Of a stretch of DNA of 64,000 bases, positions 1 through 13,850 are shown one piece after another. Under the pieces are notes generated by a model. The model was not told where the DNA came from and ran no database searches. It saw only the letters and a list, made by a program, of their open reading frames with translations. The DNA is from Callorhinchus milii (taxonomy: Eukaryota). The DNA lies in contig NW_024704743.1 of NCBI RefSeq assembly GCF_018977255.1, forward strand, positions 108,750,001 to 108,814,000, in the 5' to 3' direction. A program made the position numbers and the translations under genes. Numbering within the stretch: the first letter of the stretch is position 1; every line of letters begins with the position of its first letter.

Positions 1-290
1 CCCTGCAAGCGAGAGACCTGAGTTCAATTCCAGGCAGGGCGAAACCTTGGGCAAGTTTCCTTACTCCACACGCCTAATAATAATCCCTCCAAAAACAAAA
101 ACAATAATAAAATTGGTCATTTTCAATCTACGACTGTTTGTGGGACATTGCTGTGCGCAATTGGCTGCCGCGATCGCCCAAAAATATACAGTCAATTCAC
201 TTTACAGTGTGTTCTGTGAAGTGCTTTGGGACGTCCTCCCAACGTGAAAAGCGCAATATCAAATGCAAGGATTATTATTATTATTATTAT
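1..290 (+). mobile_element. Young tRNA-derived SINE, short variant, cut by the window edge
   Basis: B-box GAGTTCAATTCC, Deu-like TGTGGGACATTGCTGTGCGCAATTGGCTGCCGCG, L2-like tail and (TTA)n. Confidence 0.9.
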
Positions 291-1000
291 GTAGAACCTC
301 AAATACAAACCACTAACATTTTCTGAGTTGTAGACAGTGATGAATGATAAATTTGTGTAAGATTCCTTATAATAGGATCCTATATCAGATCACTCGTATT
401 GTTTTGTGTCTAAATCAACTCCATAAGGTAAATTTCCACAGACACTTAGCAATGATACACGTATATTCCGATCAAAAGTCAAGTGCTCTGAACTATATCA
501 TTAATGAATTGTGCTAAAGTTGTAGAAGGCTAAGAAAATAATTCAGACTTTTAGCCCTTTGGCAAAGGTATGAGTTTACTTTTAACTAAGCTTGGTTATG
601 GAAGTCATTCTGACACAAGCTATCATATTGAGATGATTGTAGTGTCATTATTGACTTGGAACCACTTGACAGCAAGGATGTGTTGACTGCGTAACTGAGG
701 TAATTATGTACTTTAGCTTTGGAATTGGACTAATGCGGAAAGGAAAGATAAAAACGACAGGTTTACAGTGCATCTGCTAACTCAGGCTTACTCCCCTGCT
801 CTTCTGCGCCATTATCAGCAAGCGAGCTTTCAGCTAACACACCCCTAAACTCTGGAACTCCCATCTCATTCTGCCTTTAATTCTCACTTTAAAACTTATC
901 TCTTTGACAACAATGGCCCTTTACCTTCCCCACTTGCTCTGCATCCAAACCCATCATTGTCAACCACTCCCAAGATATTTTCCTACATAAATGCAAGATT

Positions 1001-1421
1001 TCAGCCTAGCTCAGCTGGTAGCACTTTTACCTCTGGGTCAGAAGCTTGTGGGTTCAAGCCTCATGTTGGGACTTTGAACTCACAGCTTCGGCTGACTCCA
1101 GTGCAGTGTTATAAGATGTATCAACCTTCAGATGAGACATTAAACCAAGATCCTGTCGGCCTAGTCAGGTAAACGTTAAAGATCCCACAACAAGATCCCA
1201 CGACATTACTCAAAAACAGAAGGAGTTTCCCCAAAATTCTAGACCAACAATTCCCCAGAATAAAATTGGTAATTCACTTCATGGATGTTTGTGGGACATT
1301 GCTCATGCAAATTGGCTGCTATGTTCCCCTACAAAATAGTAATTACTCTTTACAATAAAATCCTGTGAAGCATTTGAGACATTTTGAGGATGTGATAAAT
1401 CAAATGCAAGGATTGTTATTA
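1001..1421 (+). mobile_element. Older Deu-domain SINE (AmnSINE1/SacSINE1-like); other copies at ~3590-3875, 7240-7460, 12345-12600, 14985-15425, 18606-19027, 39200-39553
   Basis: Head CAGCCTAGCTCAGCTGGTAGCAC...GGGTTCAAG and Deu-type GATGAGACATTAAACC...GTTAAAGATCCCA segment. Confidence 0.8.
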
Positions 1422-3879
1422 CATACAAATTGTCATTGATGTTACAATAGGAATGTAAAGGGGTAATGGATATATTTCTGCCAACTAATATTGCCTTACA
1501 AAGAGAATCTAGAGCAATGTTTCATGCTTGTCCATAAATTCTGGATTTACATTTGAATTGAACACTTTAAAAGCTGTAATGGAAAGATGGAAGGGTGGAT
1601 ATTTTAAAAGAATGAAATCAAATGGGTGAAGCGTGTTCTTCATTCTTACTTCTCTTGTGATGTGATCTCGTGGGGCCTGTTGTCAATATATTCACATGTG
1701 ACAGATTCTCCAGATAGCTGGTTTGCTTCATTCTCAACAGTCCACATCCATCCATCCCCAATCCCCAAGCAGAGCACTGATCTAACATAGTAAACACACA
1801 CCATACTGGGTTTGTGGCACAATGTCCAGTCCACCCCAACATGTAGTATCAGAATGATGCAAGCACTTGTTTTGGCACACACCTTCCAACAGGTATTAAA
1901 CATAATTTCAATTGCTTTGGCTTTAATCTACTGCTATAGATTAAGGTCGGATCAGAGAATAAATTATTTCTGCAGTAAAGTATGCCATGTAGTTCCTCAG
2001 AATTTGCAATGTTACTGGAGCAAATTGGATTTGCCCTTCAATAATTTGATGCTTTCTGTCCACCTGCATAAAAGATTTACCGCCGCATTAAGCTTATTCA
2101 TAGCTTGACATAATTACAACCCAAATATGACTTAATGCCTACTCTGCCAATACACTTATCAAGTATCGTAGATTGTCTCGGATGACCAGATTCCACTTCT
2201 TTCGTTTGTACAGATTGCACCAGTATTTCCTGGTTGCTGTCTCTTTGTCTGCAGCCAAGAGGAATTGCAAAAGTGAAGCACTTCGATCTTTTGATGACAT
2301 ATATTAAAAGCAAAGGCTATTATTATTATAAATATTATTAAAACGGGAGGCTCTATCATTTGAATAAAGCAGTTTAATTTATGGCTTTGGAAGCTGTGAT
2401 ATTCTCATCTCCATAGCATTCTCCTCCTTAACCTCAATGGATAACAAGTCAAAAAGCAAACATCGGTACTATCCATTCCTTTAAAGAAAACAGGGCAGAG
2501 AAGAGACAGATAATAAAGATGAAGTGAAGAAATATGAGCAGAAGAGTACAATCAATCCCACTTTATTAATAATAGTATTTTTAATTTTTTATGTAGTACC
2601 ATTCATGTCAGGAAGACCTCTCATAGTGCTGCACAGGATATATTGTAAAGTGCAATGACAGCATTTTGTAATACTAGCCAAAAATGTGCAGTGTCTTCAG
2701 CAAAGAAAAGGGGAAACAAAAGTTTTATGTTGACAGCATTTTATACAAACTACTTTTATCGTACAGCCACTGCTAACCATCCTTATCAAAACAGGACTGC
2801 TCGTCCAAATTGCTTCTACAGCAAGGTATGTGTATGTGTGATCTGGTTACACAACACATTAAGTGTTAGATCTGTGCTAATGCATAAAAGCCAAACGTTT
2901 AATATAAAAGCACCATGAGTACTTTGAAAATCAGATTATCACTTAAATAAGCAGGAGTGAGGTAACTATCACATTTAATACAGAAAATTGGTGCTCGAAA
3001 CAGGTTTACAGATGGTAGGTATGAGTCAAAAACAAGTGCTCTAATTATGGTCATTTGTACCCGACTGACTGGTTCAGAGAGTATTATTCCTTTTGCTGAA
3101 AGATGCTAAGTCAGTGTAGAAGACAACTAGAACATCACCCAAAAGCCTTTACTTCTCTTGTTCTGGAGGGACAAGGATAATGATACTGCAGCGGGGGAGA
3201 GAACAATTCAGTTAGATCATTTCTACCATTGGAATACAGCCACCTTTATTCCCCCCTGGAATCCTCTGACATGTCCGACCTTAAAGTATCAACATTATTC
3301 CCTTTAGCTGTTCAAGCTAGTACTTTTTAGTATTAATAGTACAATTGGCTATTGTTATTATTATTATTATTACTTTGTGCAGCTGAAAATTGAGCAGCTG
3401 GTTTTCACATCCATATTCTGTAGGGTGCATGACTAATTTCACTTCCTTCCTATAGAATATTTTAAGCCCACTGAGATGCTACCCTACGTGGAGAGGTATA
3501 TAAGTACATTGTTAGAGAGATAGAGAGACAAAAATCAGACAGCAATTTAATGTAAATAAGCATGGAAAGGAAGCTCTCTACTTGCAAATCTCTGATCTCT
3601 GAACAGATGAGCTGTTAATCTGAGATCTGACTGCCCATTTGGGTGAATATTAAAGATCTCATGGCACTTGTCGAAAAGAGAACGGAGTTTCTCCCGGTAT
3701 CCTGGCCAATAATGCCCCAGATAAAATTGGTCATTCATTTCATGGCTGTTTGTGAGACATTATTGTGTGCAAATTCGCTGTTGCATTCACCCACAAAATA
3801 CATAGTCACTGCACTTCATAGCGAATCATGTGAAGCACTTTGAAACATCCTTCCTGACGTGAAAATCCTTATATTCATA

Positions 3880-4200
3880 CCGCAGGCCGCCAAAATCATC
3901 ATACATGCATTCATAACATGGAGGCTTGACTACGCTAACTCCTTGCTTTTTTGTCCTCTCAGCCCTTGTCCTCTACTGCACTAGGTTCCGTAACCCTATC
4001 ACCCCCAACCTCGCCCAACTCCACTGGCTTCCCATCACACAGAGGCTACAGTTCAAGATCCTGGTCCTCACCTTCAAAGCCCTCCATGGCCTTGCTCCCT
4101 GCTACCTCTGCGACCTCCTAGCCCCCTATCATCCTGGTCACCCTCCCTTGCCTCCTTCAAGACCCATCTCAAGACCCTCCTCTTTGACCATGCTTTTAAT
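3880..4200 (+). mobile_element. L2 fragment (further pieces at ~8290-8570 -, ~45030-45305 +, ~56150-56380 +, ~60850-61020 +)
   Basis: LHWLPITQRLQFKILVLTFKALHGLAP motif. Confidence 0.8.
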
Positions 4201-5343
4201 CATTAATAATTTTAATTAAAATGTAATTTTGTTGATATCAAATGCAAAGATTATTATTAAGTGCTAAAAGAACAGCAAACAACCAACATCATTTCCATAA
4301 CCCCAAATCCTCATGTGCAGGTAACAGACAATACATTTCAACCCAGTCACTATATCATGCACCAGCAAACAAATTAAATGGGGTTTCCCCAATTTTTGTA
4401 TACTAATAATCCTTATATTTGATATAGCACCTTTCAAGTCTCATAGCTCTTTACAGGATTCACTGTAAATTGCAGTGATTATGTATTTTGTAGGTAAGAA
4501 AGGCAGCCACTGTGACTGTATTTTGTTTTCAAATATTTCCACAGATACAGTGCAACTGATGTTAGGCAGTTATGCTCTGCTGGTATCAAATGTAGGAAGC
4601 CGACCATTCCAGACACACTATTTACTCTCTTTTATAAGAAACTATATAAAATATTGAATAAAAAATATTGGTCGTCATTCCCATTAGGAATGAGAAGATG
4701 GGAACATCACTATTATGAAGCGGTGAAAGCTGCAGCCATTTTGCGCACAGCAATGTACCACAGCAATATACAACTTCAGCCATGAAGCGAACGTAAATAA
4801 CTAGTGGTATCTGAGGAGTGATCGGCCAGCCAACTTCACTTTAATGTCCCATCCAAAGATAGGCTCCTTCAATGATGCAGTGCTTACCCCAACACTGTTT
4901 TGGGGTGTAAGTTTAGACTGTGAGTTCAAAGTTACATGGTGCCTGAACCCACAACCTTCTAACTCGAGGCAAGAAAGCTACCACTGAGCTGATACAACGA
5001 AGCCCATATATCCTCTCAAGCCTCTATCTTTCATATAACTGTGGGTTTCTCTTCCATCTTGAAACTCACAATTGACTCTGCCTCTACCACCTCACCAGGC
5101 AGGACATTCCAACAACTCTGTGTGAACAAATCCCTTAAGCTCTTCTTTTGCCCTTCTTGTGATATCTTGTATCTACATCCTCCAGTCAATGACTCCTCCA
5201 CCAGCGGAATGATACTAACAACTACTACAGCTGTTAATGATACATTTCAAACTCTTTCAAGGTTTTCCATTTTTAATACCCAAAACCTGTCCCATCAGTT
5301 TGAAGAGACCATGAGCATACAGCTCTTCAACTCCATACTACTA

Positions 5344-5660
5344 CTAATAATAATAATCCTTGCATTTAATATAGCGCTTTTCACGTCTTCTAGACGTCTC
5401 AAAGTGCTTCACAGAATAGACTGTAAAGTGAATTGACCGTATATTTGTGGGCAAAACGCGACAGCCAATTGCGCACAGCAGTGTCCCACAAACAGTTGTG
5501 GATTGAAAATGACCAATTTATTATTGTTTTGTTTTGGAGGGAGTATTATGAGGCTTGTGGAGTAAGGAAACTTGCCCAAGGTTTCGCCCTGCCTGGAATT
5601 GAACTCAGGTCTCTCGCTTGCAAGGCAAGTGCTCTAACCACTGAGCTACAGGACTCTACA
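5344..5660 (-). mobile_element. Young tRNA-derived SINE, short variant
   Basis: Full copy: head CCTGTAGCTCAGTGGTTAGAGCAC, Deu-like body, (TTA)n tail. Confidence 0.9.
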
Positions 5661-6348
5661 GTAGTAGTACAGAGAGAAAGCTTGAATCTAAAACCACTAA
5701 AGGGCTTCATTAAAAGAGCAGAACTGGTAACAAATCAACTTTATTTATTCCAGTTAGACTGTGCGCCAGTTTTTTGAAGCACCCATTTCGTTTCATGCTT
5801 CGTGGACAACAAAGTATTTGTCTATGGGCTGTCAGTAGGTGGTTAATGAAAGCTTTGCTACCATAAGCTAATGCATAATCATGCCAGGGAACACCTGCTC
5901 TCGGTTCCACGATAGAAACACCTGTTCTCGGTTTGCAGACAAAAAAATCAGATTTCCTGACAAAAAAGATCTCGATTTGGTTGTCCGACTGCAAGAACCT
6001 GTAGCCATTTGGTGCTCAAAGGGATATTTAATCATTTTGCAGGAATGATAGGGGAGAAATTTAATGGTGTTAACTCACTGCTGGTATGATCCTAAGAGTA
6101 ATGAAAACTTCACACATGCATGAAGCTCCAATAATTATTTTAAACAGCCTTCTGCTGTTCCCCAAGGACCTCTGTGGTATTTGTTTGATGCAGTTTAATT
6201 AGTGTCAGGGTAATTAATGCTATGCCATGTAGAGGAAATAACAGCAATAATTTTCCTATGTTAAAACAGTTCAAAAAGTACAGCATAACCTCACTTTGTA
6301 AACACCTCAGTAATCTGAGCGTCTCTCTACAGAATTCAAGCTACTTTA

Positions 6349-6690
6349 TGGAGTCCTGTAGCTTAATGATTAGAGCACTCGCCTCACAAGCAAGAGGGCT
6401 TGGGTTTGATTCCTGGCTAGGGCGAAACGCCACTCGCCTCTGTTTACCTAGAAGTAAGTAGGAATCCGGTTGTTAGTCGATTGGTGGATCGCTCTACAGA
6501 GGTAATAATCCCTTCAAAAAATAATAATAATAATTTGGTCACTCAATCCACGACTCTTTGTGGGACACTGCTGTGCACAATTGGCTGCCACTTTTCGTCC
6601 ACAAAATATAATCAATTCACTTTACATATATTCTGTGAAGCTCTTTGAGACATCTTTAAGATGTGATAAAATGTAAGAATTATTATTACT
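6349..6690 (+). mobile_element. tRNA-derived SINE, long variant
   Basis: Carries the extra CCTCTGTTTACCTAG...GGAATCCGGTTGTTAGTCGATTGG segment. Confidence 0.85.
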
Positions 6691-6877
6691 TTTTCAGGTC
6701 CTTTTATTTTTCTGTTTGCAATAAACAGTGACCATAAACTCCAAATTCAATATTCAAATAATCCTCACATATGTGATTTAATGGCTTATCATGTCAAAAC
6801 ATCTCCAAGAGCTTCATAGTTTTCTGTGAAGTGCAGTGACTGCATTTTGTAGGAAAATGCAATGCCCCAGAAACCAC

Positions 6878-7205
6878 TAATGATAATAATAATAATAATC
6901 CTTGCATTTGATATAGCGCTTTTCACGTCGGGAGGACGTCCCAAAGCTCTTCACAGAATATACTGTAAAGTGAATTGACTGTATATTTGTGGGCGAACGC
7001 GGCAGCCAATTGCGCACAGCAATGTCCCACAAACAGTCGTAGATTGAAAATGACCAATTTATTATTGGTTTTGGTTTTGGAGGGATTATTATTAGGCGTG
7101 TGGAGTTAGGAAACTTGCCCAAGATTTCGCCCTCTGCCTGGAATTGAACTCAGGTCTCTCACTTGCAAAGTGAGTGCTCTAACCACTGAGCTACAGGACT
7201 CCACA
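6878..7205 (-). mobile_element. Young tRNA-derived SINE, short variant
   Basis: Near-identical to the copies at 37005, 39789 and 52711. Confidence 0.9.
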
Positions 7206-10200
7206 CTACATTCATTAAGAAGTGAATGACCAACTTTGACACCAAAACTCCCTTTTCTTTTCAGGGGATCTTTAATATCCACTTGAAAAGGCAGACTGGA
7301 CCTTGGTTTAATATCTCATTCAAAGTTGGCACTTCCAACAATGCAACGTTCCCCCAAGAAATGTATTGGAATGTGACAGTTCAGTCTAACCTGTTTTGAT
7401 GTGGGGTTTGAATCCAGAACCTTCTGACTCAGAAGCGAGAGTGTCTCTAAGTGAGTCAGGAAGACACCTAAAGAGGGCAACTCGGTTATATAGGCATAAA
7501 TAGATCTGGGGTTTGATTCAATAATAGAAATACTATATAAATGTTTTAAAACCGTAGTGGAACATGGTTTAAAATAAAGTGGACAGATGCTCAGTACCAA
7601 ATGTCTAGTGAACATTACAGGCTTGTGATCCACATGAGCAGAGGAAATCGCCCATGCACTTCATCTGGTGCAAGAGCTTTGCAGTCAAACCTGATCGGCA
7701 GAAAGATCAATGCTAATGTCAGTAATGAACAGCGGGTGAGACCAGAAACACCAGCTATCCAGCGATGAATGTGGATCACTGTCATCACCCTTTGAGCTGA
7801 CTTTAAACAATACTGTTAGGGAACAAACTCCAAGGAGAAAACATAAAACTGCAGGTCTCAAAAAATATTTCCAGTGAATTTAAAATAGCTGCAACTATTG
7901 CACTCAATTTAAAACATTTAGATTCCATTTCCAAAATGGCATTTGTTGTGAAAATCTATCAGAATTTCACGCTCAGAGACCAGAATTTCTCTTAAAAGCA
8001 ATTAACAGCAAATAATTGCAATTCAAAGGTAAATTGCACTTAATCCATTTATTAATTTGATAACCTGAAAAATGTCATTTAAGGGCCTGAGCAATCCTAT
8101 CTAGATAGTTGTCAGGTAAAGTTACGACATCAGAGAAAGGCCCTAAAATAACAACAACTTGCATTTATATAGTACTTTTCATGTAGGATAACGCCTCGGA
8201 GAACGTTACAGTTGTGGAGTTGGTCGCGAGCAAGGAGGATGTATATGTAACCAATGGCACAAACAAAGAGGTAGGTTTTAAAGTGGGATGAACAACAGCA
8301 ACTTTCACTTATATAGCATCCACCACCAGTGGCGGATTAACAGTGGCGCTTAACAGTGACGGAGCCTGACTCCGAGCCGGTGGGATGAGGAGGCAATCGT
8401 AAGCACGGTCGAAAAGGAAGGTTTTCAGGCGGGACTTGAAAAAGGGGAGAGAGAGGGCAAGGCGGAGGGATTGAGGGAGAGTGTTCCAGAGGTTGGGGTT
8501 AATAATGACTCAAGGATCAGCCACCCATGGTGGAGGGGGTGGGGGACGTTCAACAGAGTGGAAGGGGTGACAGAGGAGGGTGGCTTGAAAAGCCATATAA
8601 TAATCATAGGGGCATTTTGAGTTACAGGATTGAAGTATATTCAGACACACCTTTGCTATTGGACTACTGATTGTTAATCTAGAATGACCATCATAAATGG
8701 CGTACGTGGTAACCTTTGTACCAAATCAAATTTTAACTAAGAAATATATATTTATTAAAATTTCACACAGATAATGACAAATATTAAATTCAAGGATTAT
8801 TATTAATATAGTGGGATAAAAACCAGGAGGAGGTGGAGGGTGGAGAAAGGAAGTATACAGGGGTTAAACTTGTTCTATTCGGAACAACTTGAAGATTGCT
8901 TTCAGAACTAAAACTACATGTTGAAATGCAATTCAACAATTATTCAGTGCAATTGATCTGCATGTTACTGTACCTGCAGTCTCTCTCTCTCCAACACACA
9001 ACACACACACAGCCTCTCTTCAGCTATCTAGTTTAATAATTAAAGTGATAAATAGTAATGGCTATGATCTTTGATCACAGTGGCAAGGCACATTATAGGA
9101 CCATAACCTCCAGAAGCCTGAGACAACAATTGTAAGCAAAGTTCAACAACTGTGAAAGAACTATTAAAGGAGGACACACAAATGTGTGACCTTGACTGAC
9201 AAGCACACTTCATTTCAGTAATAAACAGCAGTCTGCTGATAAGTGTTCATTGGCGCAGAGAGTAATTACCTATCTGTCAGCCTTGCTGGTGTGTGCGAAG
9301 TAGTATAAATGAAACATACATAATGTACAGCAATAATACTGCACATGCAGAACCTAATGTATTATCTCAGGCTCCAGTTTATGCTGCTGTTGCCACTGAG
9401 TAAATGCCTTCAAGCCATGATAATTTCATTCTAATCTCTGTTCCATATTATAATTTTCATAGCGGGCCGATACTGGAAAGCAATACGTTTCAATCAAGGA
9501 CTAAATGGAACACATCCTGTAACTGGATATTTCATACACCTATATTTTTTTCCTTTCTAAAAGGAGTTGATGAGAAGTCGAGAATAAGCTGTAAATTCAT
9601 GGATGACAAACTCTGTCTGTACCAATGTCACAGAAGCTGAAGACAAGTGGCACATACCCTGTAGAAGGGATTCTACCCTTGTCTAATAGGCACCCCATAA
9701 TAGAACTTATACCCTCCAGCAGTTACTGTTCAATCCTGTTTCTCATTTGACAGATTTCCATACAATGCTTCTAACCTCTGAAACAGAAAAAGGATCAGAG
9801 GGCAGGTTTCTAATTCATTAAAGCGAGAGAGAAAAAAAATGCACATCAGGAAAAATAGCAGAAGTAAAAATATTAAAATAACTGATTGCAGAAAACACCA
9901 GCACCGACAATTAAGTTTTAGACACACTGGGTGGCATGATTGCTGGGTCAGCCATATGGAACCGGCAGTGAGATACAAAGGGTCCTCAAATACAGACACG
10001 ACAGTCTCCTCAGCAGAGGTCAGATGCAACGTGGCAGGTTGGTGTCAGTCAGGACTGACAGCCTGGAGAAATATAATGTCAGATAAGTCACACAGAGAAA
10101 TGAAGACAACTCCAAATAAGAGCCAAATAAGGTCTGGGCACTGGGAGAAAATAGCAAAATATCAAGTTCGGGCGAGGAGTAAAGGACTGCAGCCGAGTTT

Positions 10201-10439
10201 TCTCAAAACAGATGCAAAGTTCATTGTGTAGTTAACAGAAATATCAAAAGAAACCTTTCTTTGCAAAAATTTCCTCATTACACAAACATCATACAATCTG
10301 ACAAAGGCCATCACTAAAAGTAAGACAACAACAACAAAATTATATTTGTATAGCATCTTTCAATTCGGGAGGACGTCCCTGCAGTTTACAAGTAAACTTG
10401 TGCCAGTTTCATTTCCTTCTACAACAGTTTTATAATTCT

Positions 10440-12310
10440 CAGCGGTCGCATATTCCCTTGCGGAATAAGAGTACCACAGGGAAAGCAATTCATCCGTTGC
10501 TAACTAGAGCACTTAGGGAAAGCATTGAATTAAAAGAAAAGGCTTATAAAACTGCCAAGAAAAGCAGCAAATCTGAAGATTGGGAGAGTTTTAGAAACCA
10601 ACAAAAAAAACTAAAAAACTCATTAAGAGCGAGAAAAAGGAGTATGAGGGTAAGCTAGCTAGGAACATTAAGTCTGATTGTAAAAGTTTTTACAAATATA
10701 TTAAGAGGAATACGCTAGTGAGGGTAAATGTAGGTCCACTTCAGTCAGAGACGGGAGAAGTTGTAATGGGGGATAAGGACATGGCAGAGTCCCTAAATGG
10801 ATGCTTTGCATCTGTCTTCACCCTAGAACACACAACAAGTCTGCCAACAATAGAGATGCACCAAGGGGATAAGGACAGGGAGCAACTTAGGGAAATTTTC
10901 ATTAGTAGAGAATTGGTGCTAGGGAAACTGTTAGCACTAAAAAGTGACAAATCCCAAAGGAAAAGATGGGGAACTATAGGCCAGTTAGTCTCACATCAGC
11001 GATAGGAAAAATTTTAGAATCGTTGATTAAGGATGTGGGAGTGCGGTATTTAGAAGAGCACAATATAATTAGGCCAAGTGAACATGGCTTTACAAAAGGG
11101 AATCATGTTTGACAAATCTCATAGAATTTTTTGAGGATATTCGAGTAAACTAGGTGCCGCATAAAAGGTTAGTCCAAAAGATAGGAGCCCACGGAATTGG
11201 GGCGAGCATATTAATGTGGATTGGGGAATGGTTAACGGTAGGAAACAAAGAGTAGGGATAAACGGGTCCTTTTCAGATTGGCGGGATGTGACTAGTGGCA
11301 TGCCACAAGGATCAGTCCTTGGGCCTCAGCTATTTACCATCTACATCAATGATCTAGATGAGGACATCAAAGTTAATATATCTAAATTCGCGGATGACAC
11401 AAAACTAGGAGGAAGTGTCAACACAGAGGATGACATTAAAAAAAATGCAGTGCGACATAGATAGGTTAGATGATTTGGCAGGTAGTTGGCAGATGAACTA
11501 TAATGTAGAGAAGTGCGAAATCATCCACCTAGGTAGCAAAACAGTAGAGCAGGTTATTTTTTAGAAGGGGAGAGTTTGGAATGTGTTAGCGTCCAGAGGG
11601 ACTTGGGTGTCCTTGTACACCAATCACAGAAAGTTAGTCTGCAGGTGCAGCAAACAATTAGGAAGGCGAACGGTATGTTAGCATTCAATATGAAAGGAAT
11701 AGAGTAAGAGTAGGGAAGTCTTGCTGCAACTGTATAGGGCCCTGGTGAGACCTCACCTGGAATACTGTGTGCAGTTTTGGTCTCTTTATTTAAGGAAGGA
11801 TGTACTTGCCTTGGATGTAGCGTAGATTTACTAGGTTAGTACCAGGGATGAAGGGGATGAGTTACGAGGATATGCTGACCAATTTGGGCCTATATTCTCT
11901 AGAATATGGAAGAATTAGAGGGGATCTTATAGAAACTTATAAGACCATCAAAGGGCATGATAGAGTAGATTGTGGGAGATTGTTTCCCCTGGTTGGAGAA
12001 ACTAAAACCAGGGGTCACAACCTTAAAATCAGAGGCCAGCCCTTTTGCACTGAGTTGAGGAAGAACTTTGTCACTCAAAGAGTGGTGAATGTATGCAACT
12101 CACTACCCCCAAAGGGCTGTTGACGCTCAGTCCTTAAACATATTCAAGACTGAGATAGATACATTTCTTATTGCAAAAGGGATTAAGGGATATGGGGATA
12201 AGGCAGGGTCAGGTTATTAGCTGGAGTTAGATTAGAAGATCAGCCATGATTGAATGGCGGGGTAAGCTCGAAGGGCCGAATGGTCTACTCCTGCTCCTAC
12301 ATGTTATGTT
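10440..12310 (+). mobile_element. CR1-type LINE, 5'-truncated, degraded ORF2
   Basis: RT motifs [13 protein letters not shown]...YINDLD...[19 protein letters not shown] and TRGHNLK. CR1-type 3' end GGCCGAATGG...CTCCTGCTCCTA. Confidence 0.92.
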
Positions 12311-13699
12311 TCCCTAATTATACAGTATGAATACAACTGTAATCTATTGGTGTGAGTTTGAGTCTCACATCGCGACTTTGATTTCACATAGTCTAGGCTG
12401 ACACCTCAATTCAGTGCTGGAGGAGTGCTGCATTGTTGGAGGTGCCGTCTTTCAGGTGAGATGTTAAACAGGTGGACAAAAGTTCAAGTGAACGTTAAAG
12501 ATTCCATGGCACTACTTGAAAGAAGAGTTTCTCTCAGTGCCCTGGTCAACAATCCCCCAAGTAAAACATGGGTTATTTACTTCATGGCTATTTGTAGCAA
12601 GGCAATGATTTTTATTTAAATAATCAAATTATGAATTTCCCCTGGTTCTGTCTCACCAATGCTCCTTAACCCCCAACCATTGTAGCAGTGCAATGCATCT
12701 CTTTCTCAAACCTATCATTGCCTTAGTCTCTGCGAGCCAGACTAATAATTAACGTGAAATTAGTAATCAGTTTTGTCCTGCAGATCCATACTTAATAGGA
12801 GTTGGATTGAGACCCTTAAAGCTACCAGGAAGAGGAAGGTTTCATCCCATCTCAGAGTTGAATGTGATCCCAGATCAGAGATTCACATGGCTAGCATGGC
12901 TTCATACAATAGTATAAACCACAACATCAAATTCAGGTTTGCTCAGCCTAGGTGGACTGTGACTATAGTTTGTTCTGCAAAACCTTTGAGTACATACAAT
13001 AACCTCTCCATTAAGCAACTTCTGTGATGTGTCACCTGTACTTCATCGTTACTCGCACTCTGTAGAACTTCATCCTGGAGTCCCTCTGACTCGTCACCTC
13101 CCTCTTCTCCTATTTTCCAAGCCCCTTCAAGACTCACATCTTTTACCGTGCTTTCAGCCATCTTTCCCCTCCCCACCCTCTTTGGCTCCCACTCCGCGGC
13201 CCGGTTGCCCAGTTTGCATTGTAAAAAGTTATGAGGCATTCTCCCAACATGAAAAACACTATATAAAAGTAAATTGTATTGTATTTGCCCCTTCATGTTG
13301 CTGTCAATATCTATAACTGGTCACTGAGAGTGCCAGGGCGTAGTCCGTTGAAGATGGGCATTTCACCTAACTGTAATAAGGAAAGATTAGTATTAAGAGT
13401 CAGAATCAGATCTACAGTTAATATGACCTCCATATATAAAAAGTTATAAACCTCAGGCCTTTATTTCTACATTCTTAAACAGAACTTTGGTTCAGAATTG
13501 AAATGAAAGGAAACACGGTTACAGGGAGCGAGGGTTACAGCACGTACCTCAACATCCAACAGTTCTGTACAATTGGCTTTGAACAGTTAAATGTGCTGTA
13601 GTATTTATAGTACATACTGCACAGAGATTATATTTTGATTTAAGTGCAAACACAGTTTTAGAAAATTGACTGGTCTTTCCAATTATTATTAATTATAAA

Positions 13700-13850
13700 G
13701 GGAATTGGACAGGTAGTTGAAGAGGAAAAATTTGCAAGGATATGGGGAAAGAGCGGTGGGAGTGGGACTGATTGGGCAGTTCTTCCAAAGAGTCGGCACA
13801 GGCACGATAAGCCGAATGGCCTCCTTCTAGGCTGTAATATTCTATGATAG
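13700..13850 (+). mobile_element. CR1-type 3' end fragment (second family)
   Basis: GGATATGGGGAAAG...GCCGAATGGCCTCCTTCT...TTCTATGAT terminus. Related pieces near 22375-22482 (+) and 28425-28545 (-). Confidence 0.65.

Noticed and set aside
47..326. Recurrent short ORFs (MGKFPYSTRL..., LWDIAVRNWLPRSP...) as a gene family
   Set aside because: Incidental translations of the repeated SINE.
2159..2359. MIEPPVL as P450 exon 2 (GEPPL motif)
   Set aside because: No GWxPxLG continuation or suitable acceptor, and the sequence overlaps a SINE-tail remnant.
5590..5660. tRNA genes (Ala-like, TGC loop) at SINE heads
   Set aside because: Always attached to the SINE body and tail, without a complete acceptor stem. 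These are SINE promoters, not tRNA genes.
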